Assembly: GCF_001194135.2 (NCBI RefSeq)
Contig: NC_068983.1
Location: forward strand, 135,242,614 to 135,293,442
Direction: 5' to 3'
Origin: Octopus bimaculoides
Lineage: Eukaryota
Length of the DNA: 50,829 bases
Part shown: piece after piece, positions 24,433 to 36,659 of the stretch
Numbering within the stretch: the stretch's first letter is position 1
Layout: each line of letters opens with the position of its first letter
The notes under the pieces: generated by a model
Told to the model about the DNA's origin: nothing
Seen by the model: only the letters and a program-made list of their open reading frames with translations
Database searches by the model: none
Position numbers and translations under genes: made by a program

Positions 24433-25369
24433 TGGGTACCCAAAAGTAACCGGAAACGTTCTGTTGTAGTTTATGCTTCCATCGCTAGAAGCCACTTGAT
24501 GCGACCTGCAGACATCAGTCTACTAACCGACATTGTACCAGTGGGAGGAGGGGTCATACTGCTACGTGGTACAACTTTGTTTTGCAGTGCATCTCCACTC
24601 TTCGTCGATTTTTGCGATGGTTGAAACGAAAGAACAGCGTGCTTCCGTGAAATTCTGCTTCAGCTGAGGTAAACGGCGGCTGAAACAGTTGTCATGCTCC
24701 AAACAGCTGACAAGGCTGCTGCCATGAGCAAAACACAAGTTTACGAATGGTTTTCACGCTTTAAGAATGGTCTCTGGTGCTTGAGGATCAACCTCGTTCA
24801 GGGCGGCTGTCGACCTCCCAAACAAATGAAAACGTCATGAAAATTCATGAACTGATCTTGAAGGACAATCACCGAACAATTGACGAACTTGCTGATATGA
24901 CTGGTGTGTCCTGGAGCTCCTACCAACTAAGTTTGAGCGAGGAATTGCGAATGAAAAGAGTTGTAACAAAATTTGTGCCTCGCTTGTTCACGGAAGATCA
25001 AAAGCAGTCACGACTGAATGCGTATCATGAACTGAATGAAAAGTTGGAAATTGATCCGAGCCTTTTTTCAGAGTTCATCACTGGTGAAGAAAGCTGGTGC
25101 TACGGAATTTGCAGATGTGGAAGAAGTGAAGAAAAAAAAACGACAGAAATGTTAAAAGGCATCACTTCGCAAGAGTTCCAGCACTGCTTCCAACAGTGAA
25201 AACCGCGACTGGACTGATGCATTGCTTCAAATGGAGAATACTTTGTAAACATGTAAAACTAAAATTGTAAACATGTAAAACTAAGTGAATAAAATAATAT
25301 TGTAAACATGTAAAACTAAGTGAATAAAATAATATTGTAAAATTCCGGTTTCTTTTGGATACATCTTTG
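24428..25369 (+). mobile_element. Mariner element, internally deleted, both TIRs present
   Basis: TIRs cgaggtgggtacccaaaagtaaccggaa / ttccggtttcttttggatacatctttg|ta. Protein MVETKEQRASVKFCF...VYEWFSRFKNG..LEDQPRSGR...KFVPRLFT...FITGEESWCYG, then a jump to the C-terminus FQHCFQQ*..CIASNGEYF. Confidence 0.92.
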
Positions 25370-25689
25370 TATATAAATATATATATATACACGAGGGGGT
25401 ACTAGGATCTCTCTTTACTTCCCACTACTCTAAGCCTACTGTAATAAAATATCACTTACACCCCACTCCAATCTACTTAAGAACCAATCAAGCAGATTCC
25501 TATTTCACCCGGGTCGCTGACCTTAGGATATCATATTACACACTTTCAAGAACTACATTCTTAACCTCATCGGCCAACTTTGTTGGTCTTCCTCCTATGT
25601 TATAGTTGGCCTCGACAGACTTCAGCCACATTCCTGCTGTAAGAGTAATGGTTTCATTTTTATGCCCCGGCACCAACACCTGCAGCCCC

Positions 25690-25881
25690 AGCTCCAACAT
25701 CATCAGCAGCAGTAGCAGCATCAACAACATCAACAGCAGCAGCAACAACAACATCGTCAACAGCATTAACAGCAACAGCAACATCGGTGACAGCAACAGC
25801 AGCAATGACATCGGCAGCTACAACTACATCAACAGTAGCAGCAGCAGCAACAGCAGCAACGGTGACAACAACAACAATAAT
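25690..25881 (+). repeat. (CAG/CAA/AAC)n low-complexity tract
   Basis: Directly visible; gives poly-Ser/Asn in the 25606 ORF. Confidence 0.9.
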
Positions 25882-26262
25882 AGGTACAGCACCGACATCG
25901 CCCGTCCACGGAAATATATTGGCTGTACCGGAAATTCATTCAAGAAACGTTTTTCCAACCATCGATCCTCCTTCAGAGTTCCGGAAAGGAGATATGTAAC
26001 ATCGCTGGCCAGCCACGTCTGGCAACTAAAAGACGACCGAGTTTCACACTCGATCGCATGGAAAATCCTCGAAAACTCAGGCCCCTACATTAACGGAACG
26101 AAACGCTGCAAGTTATGCATAGCCGAACGCACGGGAATCCTAAGGGAATCACTCGAGCCAGGGGCTATACTTAACTCCAGAATAGAGATTTTCGGGCCAT
26201 GTTTGTATTTTGGGAGATTTCTGCTGGCATTTTGGGAACTGCCAGAAGTTGATAGCCATTAG
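25882..26262 (+). CDS. Penelope-like element GIY-YIG endonuclease, C-terminal part (5'-truncated, stop-free)
   Basis: KYIGCTGNSFKKRFSNHRSSF...TSLASHVWQLK...IAWKIL...PY..G.KRCKLCIAE...LNSRIEIFGPC; typical PLE endonuclease with C-terminal CxxC. The first GIY motif and RT are absent. Confidence 0.88.
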   Translation, partial: RYSTDIARPRKYIGCTGNSFKKRFSNHRSSFRVPERRYVTSLASHVWQLKDDRVSHSIAWKILENSGPYINGTKRCKLCIAERTGILRESLEPGAILNSRIEIFGPCLYFGRFLLAFWELPEVDSH

Positions 26263-26319
26263 CAAAGGGAGATAATCCAGAATTTTCCCTCCATATTTTA
26301 GAGAGGTCATAGGCCAACA

Positions 26320-26392
26320 GGTCTTGGGGGCTGACGATACGCCATAAAGTTAAATCCTTTATGGACGGGAAACCCAAGGTAACCCCATAAAC
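26320..26392 (+). ncRNA. Type I hammerhead ribozyme in the Penelope pLTR
   Basis: Stem I GGUCUUGGGGG/ACCCCAUAAACC, core CUGACGA (26331-26337), stem II CCAUAAAG/CUUUAUGG, GAAA (26369-26372), short stem III, GUA triplet 26379-26381. Confidence 0.75.
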
Positions 26393-26478
26393 CGGCCTTC
26401 ACCAGGAATATATATATATATATACACACATACATACATACATACATACATACATACATGCATGCATGCATACATGCA

Positions 26479-26510
<32 letters not shown>

Positions 26511-26619
26511 CATACATACACACACACACCTATATATATAGGTGTGTGTGTGTGTGCGCGTGTGTGTGTGTGTGCGTGTGTGTGTGCGTGTTTGCGTGTG
26601 TGTGTGTGTGTGCGTGTGT

Positions 26620-26820
26620 GTGTGTTTGTTCCCCACCCAATCGCTTGACAATTGGTGTTAGCGTGTTTACGTCTCCGTAACTTAACAGTTCGGCATAAAA
26701 AACCGATAGAAGTACCAAGCTTGAAAATAAAAATAACAACTGGAGTCGATACGTTTGACTAAAGCGCTTCAAGATGGCGCTCAAGCAAAGCCGCAGTCTA
26801 ATGAATGAAACAAGTAGAAT
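26620..26820 (+). mobile_element. SINE family A, 3' half
   Basis: aatcgcttgacaattggtgtt...accgatagaagtacc...gccgcagtctaatgaatgaaacaag. Confidence 0.8.
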
Positions 26821-27540
26821 ATATATATAAGGAAGGTTGACTTTTATTCTCTGATTTGTTCTGTTTCTCTCTCATTAGATATCATCGCCATCAATATCTC
26901 TTGATCTTTGTATTCGCTTTTCTACCTATATTCTTTCTCACGCAGACTTTCTGTTGTTGTTGTTGTTCTTCTTCTTCTTCTCCTCCTCTCCCTTCTCTCT
27001 CTCTTTCTCTTGCACATATTCTCTCAGTCCTCTATATACCCCCCTCACTCTCCGTCTCTCCTGCAATCTCTCGGTCGATATCTCTTTTCACCTGACATCT
27101 CATATGATCAAGCATGAAATCTTAGGGGGCAAAAAAATTATTCAGCTCCATCAACCTTCAACAAGACTCCTATAAATTACACTTCGCCGTCTTAAAAATC
27201 AAAGGGCAAATTGAATAATGTGTTCTTATATGCATTTTGTTATAAAATGAGATGGTGATTGCTAAATGACCTTTTGATCGTATGCTTGAGCAGACCTGAA
27301 ACAATAGCAACAAGAACAGCAATAATGGTAAAAATATCAGCAACAGAACGAGTGACAGCCGCAGCAGCAACAGAAGTAGCAGTAGCAGCAGCTCAGTACA
27401 TCCGGTTGTACTTTGCAGGGAGAGTTAACAACACACATACCTTGTGTATGTGCGTTCGATTTTGTTTATATACCTCCAGCTGCTTCTAATTCATATTTGA
27501 ATTTTTTCAGTAGCTAAACGATTTAGCCTATAGTCAGAAT

Positions 27541-27698
27541 CACTAGCGTAGCTAGAGTGTATGCTGCCCGGGGTGGCCCTTCCGTTTTCTGTTCCCTGAC
27601 CCCACAAAAACACATATTGCCTACAGCAGACTCAAAAGTTGTGCCCCTTTAAAAATGCCACCAGGGGCGGACTGCCCCCCTTCCCAGCTACGCTAGTG
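27541..27698. mobile_element. 158-bp hAT-type MITE
   Basis: Perfect 13-bp TIRs CACTAGCGTAGCT; flanks GTCAGAAT / GTCATAGT (6 of 8 match, decayed 8-bp TSD). Confidence 0.75.
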
Positions 27699-27730
27699 GT
27701 CATAGTCGGTGATATGGCCTGCAGCGGGCC

Positions 27731-27772
27731 TTGTTCGGTATGCGGCATTGATAAATGCCGCATACCGAACAA
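27731..27772. repeat. Perfect 19-bp stem hairpin with GATA loop
   Basis: ttgttcggtatgcggcatt-gata-aatgccgcataccgaacaa. Confidence 0.97.
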
Positions 27773-29439
27773 TGACGAAACATCGATCTCTGTTGCTCCG
27801 AGAAGGAACCTATGTGAGTTGACTCATTTGACTATGACTTACTTTCAGGTGTTTTTTACATCTGATACATAGAGAATATATTCTCATACGCCTTAAAACT
27901 GCAGTCGACCCACGAACTAATAACACACATACCTTGTATATGTGTGTTCGATTTTGTTTATATAACTCGAGCCGCTTATAATTCATATTTAAAAGTTTAT
28001 ATGTTTAAGCAGCAGCCGTTGATTATCAGAGAATGTTTCCTTGGCTTTCAGTGCTGATTCAAAATTATTTTGGCTGGAGATGGAGAAGAATGATCTTTCC
28101 TGAGTTCAGTTGATCAGGGGTTCTTAAGTAGCGTCCTCTTGGAGGAGTTGTGAGCTCATAAGAGGCGGCAAATATCAAGATGGCTGAATGGAGGCGCTCT
28201 GGGGCGCTAGTGGGTGCAGTGTATTGGGAGGAGTCGTTATTTTTCTTGATAACCACTGACTAAAAATGAAGACCTTCGTAATAAATAAGCAGAAAAATGA
28301 TTAAACACTTGTATTCTGTACATCTTTTTCTTTATTCCTTCCTTAATTTCAAAATCAAGCTTCTATTCCCTCCAAATATTATGAACAAATGATTATCTCC
28401 CTTGTGTTAACTGTCCGCTAGAGAACACCGCATGTTTCATAAACAGGGTTTTTATATTTTAAATACATTTTCAGAATAAAAAAAAAATTGTCCGGATTAG
28501 AATATGAGAAATATGATGTGCTAAGATACAATATGATTTCATTATATAATGTCCTTACCCTTTTTACTAATTTACATAATAGGGTACCCTATGTATAACA
28601 TAGGGGGCCCTAGTCCATTCAGATATCGAAAATTGGGCATATACTGAACGGGATAGTATAAGAAAATAAGGATAATAAACGGCTGCTCAAAATAAGCTTC
28701 TATTTGATTAAAATAATCTGCTGGTGTTTTTTTTTTCTTTTTTCTATTGTTTGGTTTCTATTTCTGCAAAGCAGAGAGAGAGTGGGGTATTTGTAAAATA
28801 CCACTCGGTGAAAGGGGGGTTTTGAGCTACAAAAGGTTGAGACTTTCTGCTCTAAACAAACAATGCGCTGTTCCTATGACTCAAAAAGGTTACAAACACT
28901 AACATTTACAATACATATCAATGCGTCGGATTTAAATTGGTTTTACATATTGCAATAGGAGTTTGCGTTTATGTTTTACATTATTAGGCAGGTTGTTATT
29001 TTATATTTTACTTTCTTTATTTTCTCTTTTCTTTTTAGTCATGAATTATTTATAAAACGAGTATATCTTCCGATTACACAAATGCACACACACACATACA
29101 CATCGTGTGTGTGCATTTTCGTGTATATACATAAATACACATAGGAGAAAGATATTGTAGCATGAAACCTGCAGTATTCGCTGGCCATCTTGTCTTCATT
29201 CATTAGTTTATCTATTTTTGCATGTTGCTGGTTCAATGGTATAGAGAAGCGATTCTCAAACTATTTAAACTATCGCCCTTTTTCTTTTACTAACACCTTT
29301 TCAACATCCCCTTACCACCATTCTACAAAATTAAATACACTACTAAAAATTGCTGTCGAGTAGTTGATAACTGTTACAAAATTACTTTAGCTATAAGTCA
29401 TTTTATCAAAATATGTGATGTCAGAACATTTCGACGACT

Positions 29440-29630
29440 AATATTGTTGGTTTCAAATTTTGATACAAGGCCAGCAATTTCAGAGGATGGGGCAAGTCTC
29501 GAGCCCAGTGCTCAACTGGTACTTATTTTATCGACTCCGAAATGATGGAAAGTAAAGTCGACCTCGGCAGAATTTGAATTCAGAACGTAAAGATGGACGA
29601 AATGCCGCTAAGCGTTTTACCCGACGTGAA
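29440..29630 (-). mobile_element. SINE family B (second tRNA-derived octopus-type SINE)
   Basis: Reverse complement of the 43609-43809 type: ctgaattcaaattctgccgaggtcgac...gtcgataaaataagtaccagttgagcactggg. Confidence 0.85.
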
Positions 29631-30641
29631 AAATGATACATATGATGTCTTCTAAATCATACCTTTGTTGTTTAAAATTTACAAGTAGTTGGTGTATATT
29701 CGGTTTTGTTTAAATACTTAATCACAATTCGACCTGTTTTGTTAGTAGTGTTGTCGTTGTTATTGTTATCGTCGTTGTTGTTGATGTAATTGTGGTTAAC
29801 AAGCAGTTTATTTCTATATATAATTTTTGTTTAAGTCAATATACAAATAGGAGACAAAGCACACAAAAAAATGTCCAAATACATCCATCTCCCTCTCCTC
29901 TACTGCTCCTTTGGTCTCTTGCACACGTATAAAATTTTCTTCCATCTTCAGGGTGGCCGTACCACTCCCCTTCGGATGCACTAATTTAGATAGTTACACA
30001 TGCGCCGCACAAGTGTTTATCACTACAAAATTTGATTGATTTACTACTTTTTTCGCCAATGCAAATTATAGCTCGAACTTCTTGAAACCATAAGCAAGCG
30101 GCTGAACTTTCATTGCTATTGTTAGGGTATCACGCGCATCTGTGACCATAAGATGCGGGCACTTCAATATTTTTCGGCCATAAGTGGACACGAAATGCGC
30201 AACGTACGTGACACCATTCGCGGTTCTCCGGTCGCCCGTGGAGATTCCACGCTAAAATACCCTCGTGTCTGGAGAGCGGAATCTTAGTTTTATCATGTTG
30301 TCGCATCTCTTTGTTGATGGCAAGGAGTAATACATTTTAAAAGGGAGGATGAGAGCGCAAAAGGGTAACCATATTTGATATCGAATCGAAATCTACCATA
30401 TGTTTGAATAAGTATGTGTTGATACATTTGACGAAGTAAGAACAGAAATTAACTATGCGGAAAGTTCAAAAGGTAATGCAGTGATGTGGTTCAAGGAAAT
30501 GATTTCAAGCAGCTCAAAAAACAGATCCGAATATAAGTTTATGTTGCAGTAATGTATATAACAAACAAATACTTCTGACCTGTGGAAATGGCACCATGTG
30601 TGTAAACACGCTATCTTCAAGATAGTGTGTTAGCAGCATTA

Positions 30642-30678
<37 letters not shown>

Positions 30679-31702
30679 CCTGTGTGTGCGTATATGTATG
30701 TGTGTGTGTATNNNNNNNNNNGTGTGTGTGTATGTATGTGTGTATGTATGTATGTATGTATGTATGTATGTATGTATGTATGTATGTATGTATTAGGATG
30801 TATGTCATTAAAAAGCCTTTCATCTGTTCACTTGATGTATTTAATTTTAGTGATAAAGTATGTTTATTTGGTGCCATCTGCTGACATGTGGTTATTTCTG
30901 GTTTCTATTAATGATAAGATGCGGTATATTATTTTTAATGACATCATATGTATATATGTCGATCGATCGCGCGCGTGGGTGTATGTATGAGTGAGTATAA
31001 TCACACATATAAACATACTTAAATATGTACGTTGAAAAACTCCAAAGAAGGAGGTATTTCAACCGAGTGTGTCCTCACTTCTCAGAACAGATCTTCATTT
31101 AGATGTCTAACTTGCAAAAAGCAGAAAATTGAAATAGATATTATGTACCACAGGAAATGCAGCAGTTACTTCCGAACCACTCGGACCTACATCTTCGACT
31201 ATCTATGCATCTGCGCGCGCGCGTGTGTGTATATATATATATATNNNNNNNNNNNNNNNNNNNNNNNNNNNNNNNNNNNNNNNNNNNNNNNNNNNNNNNN
31301 NNNNNNNNNNNNNNNNNNNNNNNNNNNNNNNNNNNNNNNNNNNNNNNNNNNNNNNNNNNNNNNNNNNNNNNNNNNNNNNNNNNNNNNNNNNNNNNNNNNN
31401 NNNNNNNNNNNNNNNNNNNNNNNNNNNNNNNNNNNNNNNNNNNNNNNNNNNNNNNNNNNNNNNNNNNNNNNNNNNNNNNNNNNNNNNNNNNNNNNNNNNN
31501 NNNNNNNNNNNNNNNNNNNNNNNNNNNNNNNNNNNNNNNNNNNNNNNNNNNNNNNNNNNNNNNNNNNNNNNNNNNNNNNNNNNNNNNNNNNNNNNNNNNN
31601 NNNNNNNNNNNNNNNNNNNNNNNNNNNNNNNNNNNNNNNNNNNNNNNNNNNNNTATATCAAAAGGATGTTATATATATATATATATATATATCAAAAGGA
31701 TG

Positions 31703-31741
<39 letters not shown>

Positions 31742-32209
31742 GTGCGGTGTGTATGTGTGTGTGTGTGTGTGTGTATGTGTGTATACATATAAACATATAT
31801 ATATGCACACACACATACACACACATATACATACATACATACATACATGCACGTGTACATGCATACATACATGTACATGAATAAAAATAACGTTATTTTG
31901 GAAAATATATTCCTGGATAAATGTCGTAAATTAAGATTCTATAGTCATGACTGGAGTTCCTTTGATTGTATATCTGTTTGATCAGGTTGGACCCATTATT
32001 AAACAACTAATTTTTGAGGTTCAAAGATCCCGACGAATGTTTCAAAATGAAAATCTGTATTACGGTTTCATATTTTAGCTTGATTTTATATCGGTGACAA
32101 AAAAATATACATATATAATATTATTTTATGTAAACCCTAGATTCTGATCCTATCTTTTTCATCATTGATTTTCGACAGCGACACTCAACTTTCATTTTCA
32201 ACAAAAGTA

Positions 32210-32507
32210 CAGGAGAACCTCGGTTTGCGAACGTCTCTCATCCCGAGCAATTCGGTTTACAGCAATTTTTCGAATATAAAACATCTCGGGTAACGAACGA
32301 TGTATCGAGTAACGGTTGGCGAGAAGCTGGAAGTATCAGCGGGAAAGCATCAATTACTGTCTAGCTTTCGCTCAGTGCACACCCTTACTTGAATTCACGG
32401 TGCCGTCTCTTGAATTTCCTATGAGAAAAATAGTTTCGGTTTACGAACATTTCGGGTGACGAACGGTCTTCAGGTACGAATTAAATTCATAACGTGAAGT
32501 TCTACTA
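32210..32507. mobile_element. Tigger/pogo-type MITE
   Basis: TA|CAGGAGAACCTCGGTTTGCGAAC ... ttcataacgtgaagttctact; repeated acgaac subterminal motifs. Confidence 0.65.
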
Positions 32508-33970
32508 TTGATGTCTAATTTGCAGGGCTTCGTATTGATGAAATACAAAGCATAATGTAACAATACTAAATCTAACCTCTTGGATTCGGCAGAAAGTGTA
32601 GAGTACCGAAGTGTCTTAGAGTATTTATTCTAATCTATCAATATTCTAATGGAGATCTGCCCAGGATCGATTTCGGCTTTCATCCAATTGGTGGTAGGGA
32701 AAATCAAATCAGTACTAACATTAAATGTGATTGATTCAGTCATCTATATATTTCAACTATGCGTTATCCCTATCTGTATTCCTAAGGGAGAAATCAGTAC
32801 TTATGTATGGCTGATTTATTGTCAGATATTGTAGTGACGAAAACTAAATGTTTCACAGTATATAGTTTGACAAAATTTAAATCTGTTCAGCATCTACAAA
32901 ATAATTACTGAAATACTAGCAGTGTACTTGAGGCAAACTTTTTTATTATCACTTTCATTCACTATCAGGAAATGTCCCTGGACACCAGACAAAAAAGAAT
33001 AAAACACCAGTCAAAAGAAAATTGCATAGTGGTTTCTAATAACATTATGGAAGCTTTACATGATGCATAACTTTTTGGTATATAAGTCAATAGTGTTATA
33101 TTTAGGTCGTTGTTCATGATGATGTTTAAACCACCCCCTCTCAAATCTACTCAGATTGACCAAAGCTATGATCAAACACTTTCCAGCCTGGACCACCCTG
33201 TCTTTTGTATTTCTAGGATTACATTGGCTTATGTGTACTACTTTTAAAATTGGCATTTTAAAAGCAGGGAATTTTCCTGCGCTTTTAGATCTGTGTATAG
33301 ATCATGTGATTAAATACAATAATGATATATACATACGCGCACGCATGCCTACCCGCCCATAAATGAGGTGGGTAAGAGAGAGTGGAAATATATATATATA
33401 TATATATNNNNNNNNNNNNNNNNNNNNNNNNNNNNNNNNNNNNNNNNNNNNNNNNNNNNNNNNNNNNNNNNNNNNNNNNNNNNNNNNNNNNNNNNNNNNN
33501 NNNNNNNNNNNNNNNNNNNNNNNNNNNNNNNNNNNNNNNNNNNNNNNNNNNNNNNNNNNNNNNNNNNNNNNNNNNNNNNNNNNNNNNNNNNNNNNNNNNN
33601 NNNNNNNNNNNNNNNNNNNNNNNNNNNNNNNNNNNNNNNNNNNNNNNNNNNNNNNNNNNNNNNNNNNNNNNNNNNNNNNNNNNNNNNNNNNNNNNNNNNN
33701 NNNNNNNNNNNNNNNNNNNNNNNNNNAATAAAAATGAATATTCTAAAATCCATATCAAACAACACCAAATCTTTCACAAATATATTTGCTATAAACAGAG
33801 AACATTACTTTAAATTAAAAGGTTTCAAATATATTTTATATAAATAGTTTTATATAATTTTATGTCGCATTTGTTAAACAAAAATAATATTGATTAGTGT
33901 CCTACTGGCTAGTTCATTGCATTTTTGACAACGAGAACGGAAGGCATACATACATACATACATACATACA

Positions 33971-34001
<31 letters not shown>

Positions 34002-34844
34002 TCGGTTTATGCAACCGTACCCACATTAAATTAAAATAACCATCTATGTTATCATACTTAACGGATATAGTGTTTGTCTGGCAAGATGCTGCGGTTTTCA
34101 TCTGAGATAAAATCTCTTATAGATGTGATAGGTTAAAACACAATAAATATCGAAGAGAAACGAAAAATTGTCCTGGCAGCGGCTAGTGAGAACGCCAGAT
34201 GCATTTCAGCCTTCTTAGCCAAGCGACAGGACGAAATTTGTCATCTTCAACATATATTCTGAATGAAGTAGTATATATTTACATTGCACTGTATTTTCTT
34301 ACATCAGGAACGATATGATGCAAAAACCAATCTTCAAGCAGTGAAGCAGCCACCTAATCTTTTATATTTGTCTTGTGTATGAGATATATTGCTCTTGCGG
34401 CTATTATGAGATATTTAATACCATTGTATTTTTGGATCTGTAATTGCCTTACCTCCAAGCAGTAACGTTAATCTGCCTCAGGGATTTTTTTTCCTTTTGC
34501 AATATAGCTTCTTGTTGACTCACACTTACAAAAGGGGTGCACATCACCTGCATTAACAATTTGTGAGCGTGTGTAACCATATTCTTTTGTTTATTTATTT
34601 ATTTATTTATTTTGGTGGAGAATTAATTTGCTGCCTCAGTGCTATCACTCGCAGCTTCTCTTTGCTATTTTGCATTGAACTAACCATTGCTTGCAATAAA
34701 TATTTCACCGGAATATTTTTCCTTTTACTTTAACACAACGGGATGCATAATCGCTGCGTTTAATCGGATATCCATATTGATAAATGCAAGAAATAAGGCT
34801 AACCGGTTCTGGATTACATTAATAGATAACAAGTGTAGTTATTT

Positions 34845-35210
34845 TTTTTTTATCTCTTACTTGTTTGAGTTTGAACTGTGGTCATGCTGGGGCACCGCCT
34901 AGAAAGACTTTAGTCAAACAAATCAACCCAATACTTATTTTAAAGTCTGATACATATTCTATCGGTCTCTTTTGCTGAACCGAAAATTTACGGGGACGTA
35001 AACACACCAACAACCAACACCGGTTGTCAAGTGGTGATAGGGGGACAAACACACATACACACATATATACGACGGGCTTCTTTCAGTTTCCGTCTACCAA
35101 ATACACTCACTAGGCCTTGGTCGGCCGGAGGCTATAGTAGAAAACACTTCCCAAGGTGACATGCAGTGGGACTGTAACTGGGACGAAGTGGTTGGGAAGC
35201 CAACTTCTTA
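34845..35210 (-). mobile_element. SINE family A, 5' end interrupted
   Basis: Collinear with 6751-7110 and stops at cttctta, where an LTR-like sequence begins. Confidence 0.88.
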
Positions 35211-35314
35211 TGTTGCGTCGACGCCCCCAGGCGAAGAAGTAGGATCTCCCAAGACATATAAATAAAGGTAGTCTGGCCGTGGTAGGTGTGTTGAGTAGCA
35301 GTCGAGTAGCAGTT
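35211..35314 (+). mobile_element. Probable LTR 5' portion inserted into a SINE head, running into a gap
   Basis: Starts TGTTG exactly where SINE homology ends; contains TATAAATA; GC-richer than its surroundings. Confidence 0.45.
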
Positions 35315-36659
35315 NNNNNNNNNNNNNNNNNNNNNNNNNNNNNNNNNNNNNNNNNNNNNNNNNNNNNNNNNNNNNNNNNNNNNNNNNNNNNNNNNNNNNN
35401 NNNNNNNNNNNNNNNNNNNNNNNNNNNNNNNNNNNNNNNNNNNNNNNNNNNNNNNNNNNNNNNNNNNNNNNNNNNNNNNNNNNNNNNNNNNNNNNNNNNN
35501 NNNNNNNNNNNNNNNNNNNNNNNNNNNNNNNNNNNNNNNNNNNNNNNNNNNNNNNNNNNNNNNNNNNNNNNNNNNNNNNNNNNNNNNNNNNNNNNNNNNN
35601 NNNNNNNNNNNNNNNNNNNNNNNNNNNNNNNNNNNNNNNNNNNNNNNNNNNNNNNNNNNNNNNNNNNNNNNNNNNNNNNNNNNNNNNNNNNNNNNNNNNN
35701 NNNNNNNNNNNNNNNNNNNNNNNNNNNNNNNNNNNNNNNNNNNNNNNNNNNNNNNNNNNNNNNNNNNNNNNNNNNNNNNNNNNNNNNNNNNNNNNNNNNN
35801 NNNNNNNNNNNNNNNNNNNNNNNNNNNNNNNNNNNNNNNNNNNNNNNNNNNNNNNNNNNNNNNNNNNNNTCAATATTTATCTAAGATTTTAATCTAAAAT
35901 TTTAATAATTTTAATAATATATATATCATATAAAGAAACATTCATCATAAAAATATTAATTTAAAAATCAAATAAATTATAAATAGGACAGTAAAAATTA
36001 ATACAATAATATAATGTGTGAAAGTATAAATGTATAAAAGTCAGTGCTAGTTCATAGACTACGCGCGTTTCATGGCTGAAATAGGACTATATAAAATCAT
36101 AAGCAAATTCTATCCAAGTTCATTAGAACGGGGAAAGGAGTGTACTCCCAAAATCAGTCACTCTTCAGGTCAAATTCCTAAAAGGAATGAAACTGAGTAT
36201 TCCCATTTGGCTGATAACTGATGAAGAATTAGGAACCTTCTGTGTTTGTCTCCTGCCCGGTTGTACACTCAGTATACGTACACGCTTTTTATCTGTCGCT
36301 GTTTATTTACAATACATTTTTTCATTTATTAAGTAACGGTACGCAACGCACCCCGACTTTTATTAACAGTAAGTTTTATATATATATATAATAGTAATGT
36401 GAATCAGTTATTACATGCAAAGAACTGAAAAAACTACAGATTGATCTTTGTTTTTCTAAAGAATGAGTTTAAAATGAATACGTGTTATGATAGATAACAG
36501 TTAGAAAACTTAAATGTGACTTTGAAATAATATTTGGTGTTTCTAGATGTACATGCGCATGCCTTTTTTTGACCAATAAGTTAGGGATAAAAGTGAGATA
36601 TTCATTTGGATATGGTAGGGACGGAGTTAAGAGTAAACAATCAGACAAATTAGAAATAT

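Noticed and set aside
28128-28212. Two CTCF-like GC motifs
   Set aside because: Both need an indel to fit the consensus and lie next to probable decayed hAT sequence.
31654-31735. TCAAAAGGATGT repeated between (TA)n tracts
   Set aside because: Only two copies at a gap edge; a compound minisatellite or collapsed assembly, not interpretable.
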